Shown: positions 11,544 to 23,310 of the stretch, piece by piece
How the letters are laid out: every line of letters begins with the position of its first letter
Position numbering within the stretch: position 1 is the first letter of the stretch
From: Flectonema sp. DT1601
Lineage: Eukaryota
Direction: 5' to 3'
Length of the DNA: 64,000 nucleotides
NCBI GenBank assembly: GCA_964019425.1
Contig: OZ025780.1
Coordinates: 1,674,001-1,738,000, forward strand
Notes under the pieces: model-generated
The model's database searches: none
Told to the model about the DNA's origin: nothing
Seen by the model: only the letters and a program-made list of their open reading frames with translations
Made by a program: the position numbers and the translations under genes

Positions 11544-11930
11544 GTATCCTTTCTTTTTTTTTGTTTCGATCGATATTCGTGTTCTGTTTTACACAGTTCT
11601 TTTTTTTTTTTACAGAAATCCGGGCATTGATTTCTACTGTCAGTTATTACCAACGGAATAGCTTCTATAGTAAGGAAAATGTTTGGATTGGGGAGAAGAA
11701 AAAAAAAAAAGGAACGGATATGATGAATCTCTCGTTTATCTAGTGATGCATCATTCAGGGTGTAAGGCATTTTATGATTTGAATCATATATTTTTCCCCC
11801 CTTATTTCTTTTTTTCCCTACTTCTTCCCCCACCATTATGGTTGTGTAAGGATATACCTACACTCAGATGCGGCCGTCTGTGAAATTGAAAAAAAATTCT
11901 CATTTTTTCATATCCACAGAAAATACAAAA

Positions 11931-13406
11931 ATGGAAAGGCCACAGCAATTTGTAGAACTGAATGAGATTGACAGCAACGGGAATGAGGAAGTTCAAACTG
12001 CGCAAATTCCAGTGAAGGAACCACTAAGATGGAGGACTGCGACAGCAATGAGACAAGAAAAAGAACAACGTCAGGAACTTTGTATATTTATTGTTTTAAT
12101 GATTTTCGCAGCGGTTGGTTTTGGATTCGTTTTAATATTCTGCGGACGTTCATGGCTTAAGGGACAAGCCATACCTCCATTGCTTGCTTTGCTTACGGTT
12201 TTCGCAATGCCTCTGTTCGCAGTTCTTTGGATAGACATCAAGGCAAAAGAATTCCCTCAAACTTGGGCAAAGGTAATGAGAATGTTTACGTTATCATTTC
12301 TTCCTTTGGTTCTTCCCTTTGTACTAATTTCATTGTTTTTAAGTTGTTCACACAGCGCAAACGACTTTCTTTCCCAACTGAACGATGAAGAAAACTATTC
12401 CAAAACCATCTGCGAACTTGACAAACAAAGCTGCGCTCTACGTTCACCTAAAACCTGTCCTGGAGACTTGAATTTATATAACAGCGATTTGAGCTTTTTG
12501 AACGACACCGGTATGTCTATTATTTGAAATTCTTACTGCTGTATAATCACATACCAAAAACAACAACAACAACAAAAAAAAACAGTTTGTGAGAATTCAC
12601 ATAATTTTACATGCTTCTTAAAAAAGAGTGCTCCATGTACGTCAGATGTAAGGCTTACAATTGGTACGTATGCAGATAAAATGGAAGTCGCTGGTTCATT
12701 AGAAATAACTCTATTAGGATCGGTGTTATACACAATACTTGCGATTGTGTCTACAATGATGATATCCTACAATTATTTATTTGGTAAGAAAGTTATTCAG
12801 TGTGATGAAGATCCTTCGATGAAATTTGTTATAACTAATGAAGATCAGAGTATTTTAAAAACGGTTTTAACGAGGAATCAATTAATGATTTTATCGGTAA
12901 TTATCGCATTCTGCTTAGTCAGTGGTGGTGTTATTGGTATGGTGTTTAGTGTCACTGTCGCGACACCGTCCATTGCGAATAGTGATTACAGACAATCATG
13001 TGAACTTGTTAACGTTTTACGTGAAGATTCGGTTCATTGTTCTGGCAATTACAGACAAAGAACTTATTTAGTTAGCGTTCCTGCTTTTAAAAATGAAGAA
13101 TTCTTATTAGCTGACGGTGATTGTGAGTCTATGTTCAGTGACACTCCTCATACGGAGTGTTTCTTTAACGAAGATGGTTCTGAAATTGAGTTAAATTATC
13201 CATTCCCTGAGAACATCATAGGGATTACTGCAAATGGAACTTTAGTTTTCGGTGTTTTGATGTTTTTTCTAGTGATCTATTTTGATAGCGGTGAGGTTAA
13301 AAAGGAAGTTGAGCAGGATTTACAACCCCAAGAAATATCCCCATCTGGAACTGGAACTTCACACCACTCAGAAGTGCAATCAGAGAGTGATGTCGTCCTA
13401 CGATAA
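11931..13406 (+). CDS. Multi-pass membrane protein (466 aa), join(11931..12510,12586..13406)
   Basis: About six hydrophobic segments with Cys-rich loops; a phase-1 intron joins the two ORFs in frame. Confidence 0.75.
12511..12585 (+). other. Spliceosomal intron, 75 nt, phase 1
   Basis: GTATGT...(CAA)n-poly(A)-CAG; restores frame. Confidence 0.85.
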
Positions 13407-14359
13407 GTATAGTTCTGAACTGTGAATACGCGCTCCAAGCGTCTTCCAAACTTGGAGCTCATTTCTTATGAACCAATACATTCCAATGGTGGTACACTCT
13501 TATGGAGCTGTTAGCGTGTGCGTACCTTTTCTTTAATTACCAACTACAAAAAAAAATAAAATAATTGGCATTGTTGACGTGTTCACTCTTCCGTTCTTTT
13601 TTTAAGTGTAAATACGTCATCTTTGCTTTTTTTTTTTTTTTTTCTAAATTGCTTTTTCTAAAAAAGAAAAAATGCTTAATCTAATCTTCTGTTATTACCT
13701 TATTTATTTTTTTTTTGTTTTATAAACTTTTGTTACTGTCGAACTACTACCCCTTTCTTTTTCAGGTTAGTCCCTGCATTCACTTTGATTGTTACTCTTA
13801 AGCGCAGTTTTCATTCAGAAATCACTTCATCTCTCTTCGCATATTGCGGAAGACGGATTACTCCTGTTTAGGGTTTTTGAAGGCAAATTTAAATGAAAGA
13901 GGAAGGATAATTTTTTTGCCATTTTCTCTGGTTTTGGTTTTGGTATGAGTTATGGTTCACCTTTATTTGGTATGAAGGAAATCTTATGATTTTTTCGTGT
14001 CAAAATCTCTCTCTGATTACATACCCTTTTGTTGTTTTGTTATTATATTTTTTTAAATCTATAGATATTTGTCAATACAATACCCTCTGACCAACCCCCT
14101 AAAGTCATCAAATATTATTCTGAAATATTATTTTTGAGATCTTTTTGACTGTTTTGGTTAGTTTTTCATGTGAATTTTGTATGAATAATTGCTATGTATT
14201 TATTGCCCTTTTTTTTCGTCATCGACACAGCAATTGAGGGGTTTTTTTTTTTTTTTGCTTATTAAAAGCTAAATTTGCTACTTATCATGTTTGTTGTTAC
14301 TTTTATTAACTTATTTCATTTTTTTTTTATAAAAAAAAAAAGGGTTAACAGCAATACAA

Positions 14360-17245
14360 ATGAGCGCACGAGCGAGACCTCCGATTGCAGAGCTGTCCTT
14401 GAACACCCCTGTGAAGAAAAAAGAAAAACGTCGACGGGATTCATCTGGTCCTCCTGCGAGGAAACAACAACTTGCAACACCGCAGACAACTCCGCGATTC
14501 AAAACAAATTTAAAAAGCCACGCCGATAGATCGACTACAGAAGGTATTCACAGAAGCAGATGTCCCTGCGTAATTTTAAAAGAATTAAAGAGGGAGCTTC
14601 AACTTCATGATGACCTCAGCGACAAGTCTGAAGAAATAAAATCACAAATAGCTGAACTTGAATTGAACGGATGTCACAATCACAGAGAAATGTCAACACG
14701 TTTAATTACAAGACAACAAATTGAAAAGAATCAAGAAAAAGTTTCAATGCACACCGTCAGAGGAAAGCAAAAAATGATTAGAGAACTCGAACGTGATGAG
14801 TTCGAAGACAGAAAACGAAGATGCAACACGGAACTTCAAATGAGAAAAAAAGTCTTCTTCGTAATGAAAGAACATGAAACGTCACAAATTGATAAATTAA
14901 ATGCTCAATCGGAATTCAAAACATTCGAACTGTTCAGACGTACCGAACTAGCAGCTCAAATAAATTTAGAATTCTTAAAACTGTACAATCGTTGTAACGA
15001 AAGCCGCGTATTGTTCTTTAGAGAAGAAGAAACTAGAGTTCGATCAGATTATCAAAAAGATCAATTAAACATTTTTCAATCAATCATTTCATCAGAACTT
15101 TTACAACAAGAAGAATACTCTTCACGGATAAACCTTTTATGTGAACATCAAGAAGGAGTGCAATATATTTATGATTGTTCTTGTCAGAGTACTCAAAGAA
15201 ACCTCTTGCTTGAAGAGAATACATTTAGAGATGTGATTGAAAAAGGAGAGAAGTGTACTATTAGAATGATATCATCAGAGTGCCGTAGGAATGAGATCGC
15301 AACTGAAATTGCTATTCAAGAAACATCGTCTCGGTTGTCAATCAGAGCATCAGAATCATACGAGGCGGATGAAATTTATTTAGCTGCCTGTGGCGGCAGA
15401 GTTCAACACTGTAAGCATAGTGAAGCTTGTCAAAGAGGAGATATTGAATCTGAACAGTCGACTACTTTTTATTCAATTCATAAGTTAATGATCCACGAAG
15501 GAAGAATACATCATTTGGTCAATTCTGAATCACAATTTAGACGTGAATACAAGACGAAATACCACACTGAAATACTCGATACTTGCATTAGATCTCAACG
15601 TCTATCAGAAACTGCGATCGCTAACTTAGAACACCGTGAATTTTCAATCTTATCACGTCTATTTAGCGATGAGTCTGCAAGGCAATATTTCATTCATGAA
15701 ACAGAGTATATGGCGAGGTGTAGTGTTGTTCATGATTTCTGGGTAGACTTGGTATCAGCATTCAACATATGGGACGTTGAGAGAACTAATATGTTACTTG
15801 ACGAAGAAGTAGAAGTCAGAGATTTAATCTTATCCTCTGAACGCGATTCCAGATTAGGACTACTCGTCGTAATTGATGAGATCCACATTATGGAAGACGA
15901 GATAGCTGAGAGGGAATGCATTGAGACGATCGCTTTTGAAAATCTGACTGAGCTATGCCACACGATGTTTGATGAACACTTCGTGTATTTGGAAGTATCG
16001 GAATCAGAGTATCGTTCATTCACAGAGTCATCTGAGATGTCTTCGAGAGAACAGATTGCGATTACGTTTTTTGGAAATATTGCAACGACAATGCTCGTTG
16101 AGTGTGAGGAACAATCCCGTTTTAAATTGGAATCAAAATTCTATCAAATATCTGAAAAGATAAATTTATCAATTCAGTCAGAAGTGTTCTTCATAACGGA
16201 GACATCTGAAGAAGAAGAACGACACCAAATTCTGAACGATGAAGCAGCGGCAATCCACCAACTGTATAACGCCAATGAGTTTGAAAACAGAACTTTGAGA
16301 ATCCTACACTTTGAGAATGAATCTCGTTCGGAAATTATTTCTGAGGAAGAACTAATCATCAGAGAGGGTTTCTTATTTAAGGAACACCTTCACAGATCCT
16401 GCACTATTGAAGTTGAGGGTCTAGTCAGGAGTGAACTGTGGAGCTTCTTCATGGCAAGAGGAATTATTAGAGCCGAGGCTGAAAATCGTTACAGTGGTAT
16501 AATGCAAGAATTGACTGAAAGGAAACAAATAATAACAACAGCTGAATGGTTACACAGATGTGATTTAGAAAGTCAATCGGAAATGTTTTGGTGGGGAATT
16601 CGTAAAACGAGATCATTGGCTCTGAGTATGTCGACGTTTCACATGGCGTGTGATGCGACTGCTCAGGATATTTTAAATGAGCAAAGCCGTTCATGGGACG
16701 AACTAATGACTTCACATTATGAAGAATCAAAATATCTATTTGAATACATCGAAGAATTCAGAGCCTTAAAACAACACTTCAATGACAAGCAGGTGATCCT
16801 TTCTCAAGGAAAATGGGAACTCCCTGACGGTATGGAACGTCGATGTGCTGGTGATCCACAATTCTTCAACCTTTTAAGACATGCTACGTACCTCTGTGAC
16901 GCTACAGAGTATCATTATAAAGCTATGTTAGACAGAAGTTATTCTGACATTGGACGTCTTCGCGCTGAACTGTCATCATCAAAAGCTGAAATCAGTCGAA
17001 CTAAAGAAGACTTAAGAGAAACTGATACACACTTGCGTCTTGAAAACAGTAATAGAATTAAACTACAGGCTTCATTTAAGACTGTTAAGGATAAGTGTGA
17101 GCAACTAGATAGGGAAAGACGCTCGACATCATCTGCGAATGAAAAAACAAAATTAGAAAAGAGAATTCGCGATCTTGAATTACATCTTCACACTACTCAA
17201 AATGCTTTGGAAAAGGAGAGATCAAGGTCTATCAGAAGGCGTTGA
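14360..17245 (+). CDS. Long helical/coiled-coil protein with degenerate EExxRxxIxxxE repeats (961 aa)
   Basis: Uninterrupted ORF; recurring EExxR units (EEETRVRSDY, EENTFRDVIE, EEVEVRDLIL, EEEERHQIL); C-terminal coiled coil. Confidence 0.85.
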   Translation: MSARARPPIAELSLNTPVKKKEKRRRDSSGPPARKQQLATPQTTPRFKTNLKSHADRSTTEGIHRSRCPCVILKELKRELQLHDDLSDKSEEIKSQIAELELNGCHNHREMSTRLITRQQIEKNQEKVSMHTVRGKQKMIRELERDEFEDRKRRCNTELQMRKKVFFVMKEHETSQIDKLNAQSEFKTFELFRRTELAAQINLEFLKLYNRCNESRVLFFREEETRVRSDYQKDQLNIFQSIISSELLQQEEYSSRINLLCEHQEGVQYIYDCSCQSTQRNLLLEENTFRDVIEKGEKCTIRMISSECRRNEIATEIAIQETSSRLSIRASESYEADEIYLAACGGRVQHCKHSEACQRGDIESEQSTTFYSIHKLMIHEGRIHHLVNSESQFRREYKTKYHTEILDTCIRSQRLSETAIANLEHREFSILSRLFSDESARQYFIHETEYMARCSVVHDFWVDLVSAFNIWDVERTNMLLDEEVEVRDLILSSERDSRLGLLVVIDEIHIMEDEIAERECIETIAFENLTELCHTMFDEHFVYLEVSESEYRSFTESSEMSSREQIAITFFGNIATTMLVECEEQSRFKLESKFYQISEKINLSIQSEVFFITETSEEEERHQILNDEAAAIHQLYNANEFENRTLRILHFENESRSEIISEEELIIREGFLFKEHLHRSCTIEVEGLVRSELWSFFMARGIIRAEAENRYSGIMQELTERKQIITTAEWLHRCDLESQSEMFWWGIRKTRSLALSMSTFHMACDATAQDILNEQSRSWDELMTSHYEESKYLFEYIEEFRALKQHFNDKQVILSQGKWELPDGMERRCAGDPQFFNLLRHATYLCDATEYHYKAMLDRSYSDIGRLRAELSSSKAEISRTKEDLRETDTHLRLENSNRIKLQASFKTVKDKCEQLDRERRSTSSANEKTKLEKRIRDLELHLHTTQNALEKERSRSIRRR

Positions 17246-17915
17246 TCTGTCCCTTTTTTTTTTTTTTTTCCCCTCACAAAAAAAATTATAGACACTTTGC
17301 ACGTCTTAGAAATATTTTCTTTTCTTCATTCCAAGTGACGATTTTTCTTCTCTTGGATAGAAACACAACCTCCGTCCTCCATTTAGATTTGTGGAATGAT
17401 GTTCGGATGATTGTCTTCTTGTATGTGTGTCAATGCCAACTCTCGGATTTATTCATCTGTTTTAAGAAAAGGCCACCGTCTTTTATTTTCCTTCTTTCTT
17501 TTGTTTATTTAGATGTTTTTTTATTCTTCTTTTTTTTTTATTTCCCCCCAACAAAAAAAGAAAACTAGACTAGAACCGTCCTATAGAACGAGTAACTTAT
17601 CTTCCATTGAATTTAAATTTTATTTTTTCTCCCTCCGCAGATAAGTTAGAAACATTAATTATAATGTAGAGTAGGTGCGTCGTTAGTAGAGTGTTAGCCT
17701 GTCTGTGTCATTATTCCCCTTGAGCTTAGTAATTCATATCAATTTACCCATTTTTACAGCTCTCAAATTAAGCTACGAACACACTATGCAAAGTGGTTCA
17801 TTAATTAAAGACACAAATGTTATTCTCCCAAAAATTAAACTTTAATACAAACAATTATAGGGAATTCAATTATGGGTTAGTTACTTACGTTTCAGACACC
17901 TTAAAACTGATAAAA

Positions 17916-18128
17916 ATGGAAAACAAAGAAAAGGTGGAAGCGAAAAATAAAGGAACGAATGAAATGCCCACTAAAAAGTCAACCAGAGATGGGTACGCAT
18001 GTGTGCCACCATCGATGTTGATGCGATCTTCTGGGAAGTCGGGATTTCAACTACATCAACCTGATAAAAAGAACACCACCAGCACCTCTTCAAAATCTAT
18101 TAAGAAGAAAGTGAAGACAACAGAGTGA
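17916..18128 (+). CDS. Possible small basic protein (70 aa)
   Basis: ATG 20 nt after a Y-rich AG (17894-17895); hydrophilic Lys-rich ORF with no recognisable domain. Confidence 0.45.
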   Translation: MENKEKVEAKNKGTNEMPTKKSTRDGYACVPPSMLMRSSGKSGFQLHQPDKKNTTSTSSKSIKKKVKTTE

Positions 18129-18134
18129 CTAACT

Positions 18135-18700
18135 TAGGTTCAGAGCAGCAATGAACTCTGAAAAACTAACTCACTCTCATCGGAGGTTCCTTTTTGATTC
18201 TATTCCATACAGATTGATATGGTTATTCGTGGTATGCGAGGGCATTAGACACGTGTCATTATTTCATGAAGAAGGGTTTTAGATACGGAATTTTTTTTTT
18301 TTATTTTAAAAAATTATTTATTACTCTCATTTACGCTCTCTCTGATTATTTCTTTCCTTTTTTTTTTTTTTTTTTTTTGTTTTTGAACCATTTTATTCTG
18401 ATCCTACCAGCCGAAGCTATAAAAACACAATCTCTTGTGATTGGATTACCCTGCTCCTCATCAGTTCCAGACTTACTTACTAACTAGTTGGAACCATTTA
18501 TAACAAAAAACTAATGCTAACTCTTGTTAAATCCAGAGCAGCTGTGACCTCTGAAAAACTGACTCTCTCCCATCAGAGATTCCTCTTGATTCTGTTCCCC
18601 TACTGATTGATGTAGTTATTCGTGTTGCCCGTAATTTTTTTATGCGAGGGCATTAGACGTGTGATTATTTCATGAGAAAGGGTTTTGGATTAGGAATCTG
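18135..18700 (+). repeat. Diverged direct repeat of about 150-170 nt (copies about 18135-18295 and 18530-18700)
   Basis: Colinear blocks CAGAGCAGC, CTCTGAAAAACT, GTTATTCGTG, TATGCGAGGGCATTAGAC, ATTATTTCATGA and AAGGGTTTT in both copies. Confidence 0.85.
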
Positions 18701-18985
18701 TTTTTTTTTTTAATATGACTAGTCCTATGCAGTTTTTCACTACTATTTTATTGTACCTTCTTATTGTACCTACACATTAATGTTTTCAAGCTGTAACGAC
18801 CTGCAGGGCATGGAATGCTCAACCTGTGGTGTAAGGTATCCAGTTATAATGATTCATGTCTAATTTGTTTCGTGTTAATCACTTGATTTATTTATCCAAG
18901 TTCTCCCCTCCTATTAGAAGGAATTTATACTCATGAGAGAGAGGTTGTATTTCGTTGATTTAAATTAGAAGAGAGGATAGTTAAA

Positions 18986-21900
18986 ATGTTGTCAAGTTCG
19001 CTTCCAATCGTGAAATGGATGAATGACATGGAGCAGGCTGGTGCTGTAAAAGTTATATCAAAAAGAATTACTGCTAATAGAGAGCATTTAATGAAATTTC
19101 AAGAAAACTTGGAAGGAATGTCACTGCAGGCAATCATATCACTGATGCTGTTGACATATAAAAGTGATAGCAATTTAGTTGAACGGTTACTTGCAATGTT
19201 AAAACGGAAAGAGTACTCGAAGATACCACTTTATGCTCCGTGGATAAAGCTGATTGATCAAGGGTTGAGTTGGCTTCCTACTACTAGTTCAGTTTCTTGG
19301 CAATACACGACTATAGAAGAAGAAAATAATTTTGAATTAATTTCGTACTGTATGTCGATAAAGAGAAATTATACTCCTGAGTATGAGAGGAGGAGTTCAC
19401 CTGAAAGTTTATTTTTTTTTGTTGGTTGTGGGAAGTCTGTTTCTATGTTAAATCCTCACTGGAGGTGTGAAATTGTTCACCAGCGATCCTCACGGATGCA
19501 AGTGATGTTCAGATTCCCGAGACATATTTCTGACTGTGGTGTTAGCACACTTCAACTTGCTGTCATATCTCCAAAACAAACTACATCAACACCAAACTTT
19601 GAACGTAAATTCCTAACTGACGGAGTTAGACATCTTTCTTGGCTATTTAAAGATTTCGATGATTATTATTTATCTCAAACACTTACCCCGATTAGTAGAT
19701 CACAACCAAATATCGCCATAGAGGACATGCTGTCAGAATGGCTCCTCCCTCCGACAAAATCACCCGCTCATGGGGTTTCTATATCGTCTCCAAGAGGATC
19801 CGGTAAAACAATATTATCTCAAAAAGTATTTTTATGGGGTCTACAACACGAAGTATTAGTTATTTACTGTGACCTTTCACTCTTTATTAATCGTGAGAAT
19901 ACATCAGTCCCGTTAAGAGGTGAAATTCAAAAATACCTAAGTAAGAATTATAAATTTACATACATCAGACACGTAGATAGTTGTATGAAGTTGTTTGTTT
20001 TTGATAATGTGGATGAATGTGAAAAAGTCCATTTTGGATCAGGCATGTTTAAGGAAATATCAAAGTGCGTCGCAGAATCTCCAGGCTATCATACTAGCAC
20101 TCATAAGGTTATGTGTCTCACTACCAATGAGTTTGTGCAGTTTTCAGAACCGAACTTTTCTGGTTGTATCAACTACAGATTAGACCCTCTTACGCGTGTG
20201 CAATCAAACACTTTAATCAAGCGGTCTCTATCGTCATCGTGTAGTGTTGCACAACAACTCGTTAAATCATCAAAGGGAAAAGGGTCTCTCTTAAAAATGG
20301 GTATTGCAGTACTTAACAACAAGAAATTAAATAAATGTAAAGAACCTGTCGACTTTTCAGATGAAAAAGGAATTCTGAGAAGTTATTTTCAAATTATTAA
20401 AAATAATCCATCTCAGGCAGATGCTCTACACCAACTGGTAGTTCCGTCGGTGGTGAAAAACCCACCTTCAGGTGTTTTTAAAGACAGTATGAAATATAAC
20501 GAAAATATACCTCTTTCGGAACTGAAATTACCATTGGTGGATACTGCGTCAGATAAGAGTTGTTTTTACGCTGTTGATAGAGATTTGGCTGCTATGGTAT
20601 ATGCTAATAGTTGTTGTAGGAGTACTGATACGTTTAAGGCAATCACGGAATCGGAATCGGGAGAGAATTCAAAATTAACATTTGTTGCTGATGTGTTGCA
20701 CTGTTACCTTGACATGATCCCTGATCATTCCTCTGAAGAGTTCATTTCATCTCATTCAACTATAGGAACTGATACTGACATTGCAGGTAGAACAATCCTT
20801 CACTACTCTGCCGCAAGAGGATACTCAAATGTCATAAAATTCTTATTAACATACTGTCAAGAAGCGATTGATACCACTCAGATTGACAAGTTGGGATATA
20901 CTGCTTTGGCATTTTCAGTTTTAAATAATAATATAGGTTGCGTTGAGTTGTTGTCTGCTGTGAAGTCTGCTGTCAATGCTCCAGGGTTTAGTAATTCCCT
21001 TTCAAAGGGAACTAATATCGCACAAATGTGGGCGATACATGGAAATGAAGAGATCTTCGAAATCTTAATTAGTACTCAAATTGAAAAATCAAATTTCTTT
21101 TTAACGAACGAGTTAGAAAGCGCATCGAAACTGTTAGCAGTAGCGGCTGTCAGCGGAATTTCAAAAACTATGTTTGAAAAATTAATAATCATTTTGACAA
21201 AGTCTCAAACACTGTCACAAATCATATCCGCAGACAATAAACGAACAGCAGCACACGCTGCGGTTAGAGGCGGACACATCCACCTGTTGGATTATCTGGC
21301 AGAAATTGATATTTCACTTGTCACGCTTCCCGACTCAGAAGGTCGTTGTCTTCTACATTACGCAGCAATCATGGGAGAATTTCAAATTTTTGATTGGTAC
21401 ATAAAATTACTGCTAAAACACAAGGGTGAGATCTCACTGGATTCTCTCAGTGACAATTCTGGCTGCACTCCTCTTCACTATTGTTGTATGTTGGGATACG
21501 TTGCCTACGAGGCTCTATTAAATTGCCTAAGTGAAAATGCCACAGACCCTTCTATCTACATAAATCACTTACTAGACACATCTGATAAATCAGGGTATCT
21601 TCCTATTCATTATGCATGTAGTTTTAGTGATTGTGCGACTGTGGAGGCGATTTTGCAAGAGAGACCTGATCAACTTGGTCAAGCGAGTACTGTTCACAGG
21701 AGGACACCGTTGATGCTTGTTGCAAAACATGATAATTTAAAAGCGTATTACATGTTGATGAAGATGATTAAAAAGTTTAAAAAAGATGATCGAAAGAAGT
21801 TGATTAACGCCGTAGACTATAGGAAGCAAACGGCATTACAAATTGGAGTATCAACATCGTGTAACTATTCATGGGTTTCGGAAGACTTGGTATCCATTTC

Positions 21901-22765
21901 TGCGACTGACGTCTTCCATAGAGATGATCTTCAGTGTGATGCTAACCTTATCGCAGCTGCAAAAGGAAAATCACGTTTTATTAAATTAGTTTTTGGAAAA
22001 TTTTATTTTAACATATCAATCAATGACGTGTTTGGAATGCATGTCCTTCATCATGTTTGCGCAAGTGGTCATTCAGATATCCTGAAATATCTGTTGGAGT
22101 CAGCAGAAGAATTACTTATACTTCCATACACAACTAATCATATTGGACAGACTCCATGGCATATTATAGCTTTGTCAGGAAGTGTGGAATCGTATTCTGC
22201 AATGTCAGGTCAAAAAGGAATTACTGAAGTTGATAATTACGAACGAACACCTCTTCATTGCGCATTAGATTCTCGTAATGTTGGTATCAGTTTGGAACTT
22301 TTATCACACGGAGTTAATCAAAATGCTCAAGACATAAACGGTGAGAGTTGCGTTTTATATTTAGCAGCGTGGTGTAATTGCGAAGTCCTTCAAAAAATGA
22401 CGCAACTCACATCTCCAAAAACAAACTTCTCGCTGACTGACAATCGAAAGAGAACAGCTATTCATATTGCTTCACTCTGTCATAATCGGACTTTTGTGCG
22501 TAGGTTGCTCTCTCTTTGTGATGTTTCTGCCTTATCTCGAGATGAGGCAGGGCTGACACCCCTTCACTACGCTGCTTCAGTAGTTGATAGAAGTACTTGT
22601 CGTCAGCTATTATTTAAAGCACCAGAACTAGTGACTGCTCGTGATAATAAAGGATTAACTCCAATGCACTACGCAATGATTGGACCCCACACTAACTCAT
22701 TGAAATTTTCTTGGGGACGGTATTCGTCTTTTCTTCCAAATCACATTTACTACACGGACAGTTGA
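18986..22765 (+). CDS. NACHT/STAND-like P-loop NTPase with C-terminal ankyrin repeats and an N-terminal degenerate ADP-ribosyltransferase-like domain (1259 aa)
   Basis: Walker A SPRGSGKT (19787-19810), Walker B LFVFDNVDE, more than a dozen ankyrin-like units (GRTILHYSAARG, GCTPLHYCC, GLTPLHYAA). Confidence 0.8.
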   Translation: MLSSSLPIVKWMNDMEQAGAVKVISKRITANREHLMKFQENLEGMSLQAIISLMLLTYKSDSNLVERLLAMLKRKEYSKIPLYAPWIKLIDQGLSWLPTTSSVSWQYTTIEEENNFELISYCMSIKRNYTPEYERRSSPESLFFFVGCGKSVSMLNPHWRCEIVHQRSSRMQVMFRFPRHISDCGVSTLQLAVISPKQTTSTPNFERKFLTDGVRHLSWLFKDFDDYYLSQTLTPISRSQPNIAIEDMLSEWLLPPTKSPAHGVSISSPRGSGKTILSQKVFLWGLQHEVLVIYCDLSLFINRENTSVPLRGEIQKYLSKNYKFTYIRHVDSCMKLFVFDNVDECEKVHFGSGMFKEISKCVAESPGYHTSTHKVMCLTTNEFVQFSEPNFSGCINYRLDPLTRVQSNTLIKRSLSSSCSVAQQLVKSSKGKGSLLKMGIAVLNNKKLNKCKEPVDFSDEKGILRSYFQIIKNNPSQADALHQLVVPSVVKNPPSGVFKDSMKYNENIPLSELKLPLVDTASDKSCFYAVDRDLAAMVYANSCCRSTDTFKAITESESGENSKLTFVADVLHCYLDMIPDHSSEEFISSHSTIGTDTDIAGRTILHYSAARGYSNVIKFLLTYCQEAIDTTQIDKLGYTALAFSVLNNNIGCVELLSAVKSAVNAPGFSNSLSKGTNIAQMWAIHGNEEIFEILISTQIEKSNFFLTNELESASKLLAVAAVSGISKTMFEKLIIILTKSQTLSQIISADNKRTAAHAAVRGGHIHLLDYLAEIDISLVTLPDSEGRCLLHYAAIMGEFQIFDWYIKLLLKHKGEISLDSLSDNSGCTPLHYCCMLGYVAYEALLNCLSENATDPSIYINHLLDTSDKSGYLPIHYACSFSDCATVEAILQERPDQLGQASTVHRRTPLMLVAKHDNLKAYYMLMKMIKKFKKDDRKKLINAVDYRKQTALQIGVSTSCNYSWVSEDLVSISATDVFHRDDLQCDANLIAAAKGKSRFIKLVFGKFYFNISINDVFGMHVLHHVCASGHSDILKYLLESAEELLILPYTTNHIGQTPWHIIALSGSVESYSAMSGQKGITEVDNYERTPLHCALDSRNVGISLELLSHGVNQNAQDINGESCVLYLAAWCNCEVLQKMTQLTSPKTNFSLTDNRKRTAIHIASLCHNRTFVRRLLSLCDVSALSRDEAGLTPLHYAASVVDRSTCRQLLFKAPELVTARDNKGLTPMHYAMIGPHTNSLKFSWGRYSSFLPNHIYYTDS

Positions 22766-23310
22766 ATTTGATCATGACTGGTGAAATATTCTATTTTACC
22801 TTTTTTTATGTATTTATATGTGTGTTGTGTGTTTTGTTTTGTTTTGTCGCATCGGTCGGTAACACGCAGTTGCAACAACAACAAAAAAAAGTATACTAGC
22901 ATTATGTTTTTCCCGGGATTTAAAAAAAAAAAAAGCTGGAATAAGACGACGGCTTTTGTTTTGTGCAACGCAAAGAATCTCAGCAGAGAATGATTTGAAT
23001 CACCTCCAAAAGACATAGTCGTCCCTCCAGCACCCCGGGTTTTTCCTGTTGCTGTATGTCGAGACAACGATCAGAGTCAGAAGAAAAGAGTATATTTCAC
23101 ATTTATGGATTCTTATATTCTAAGAGGCGAAGAATGGAGTTTCCTTTATATTTTCGTGGAAAAAAAAAAAAAAGTGTCTTTGTCTTCTTATCAGTTGAGT
23201 GGCTTTCATTCAACAGGTCATATTCTTATCTGTCTCCAGCGAACCGTCAATTTTTGTTTGGAAATTTCTCTTCGTGGTATTTCTTTCTTTCAGTTAAAAA
23301 TAAATAAATA

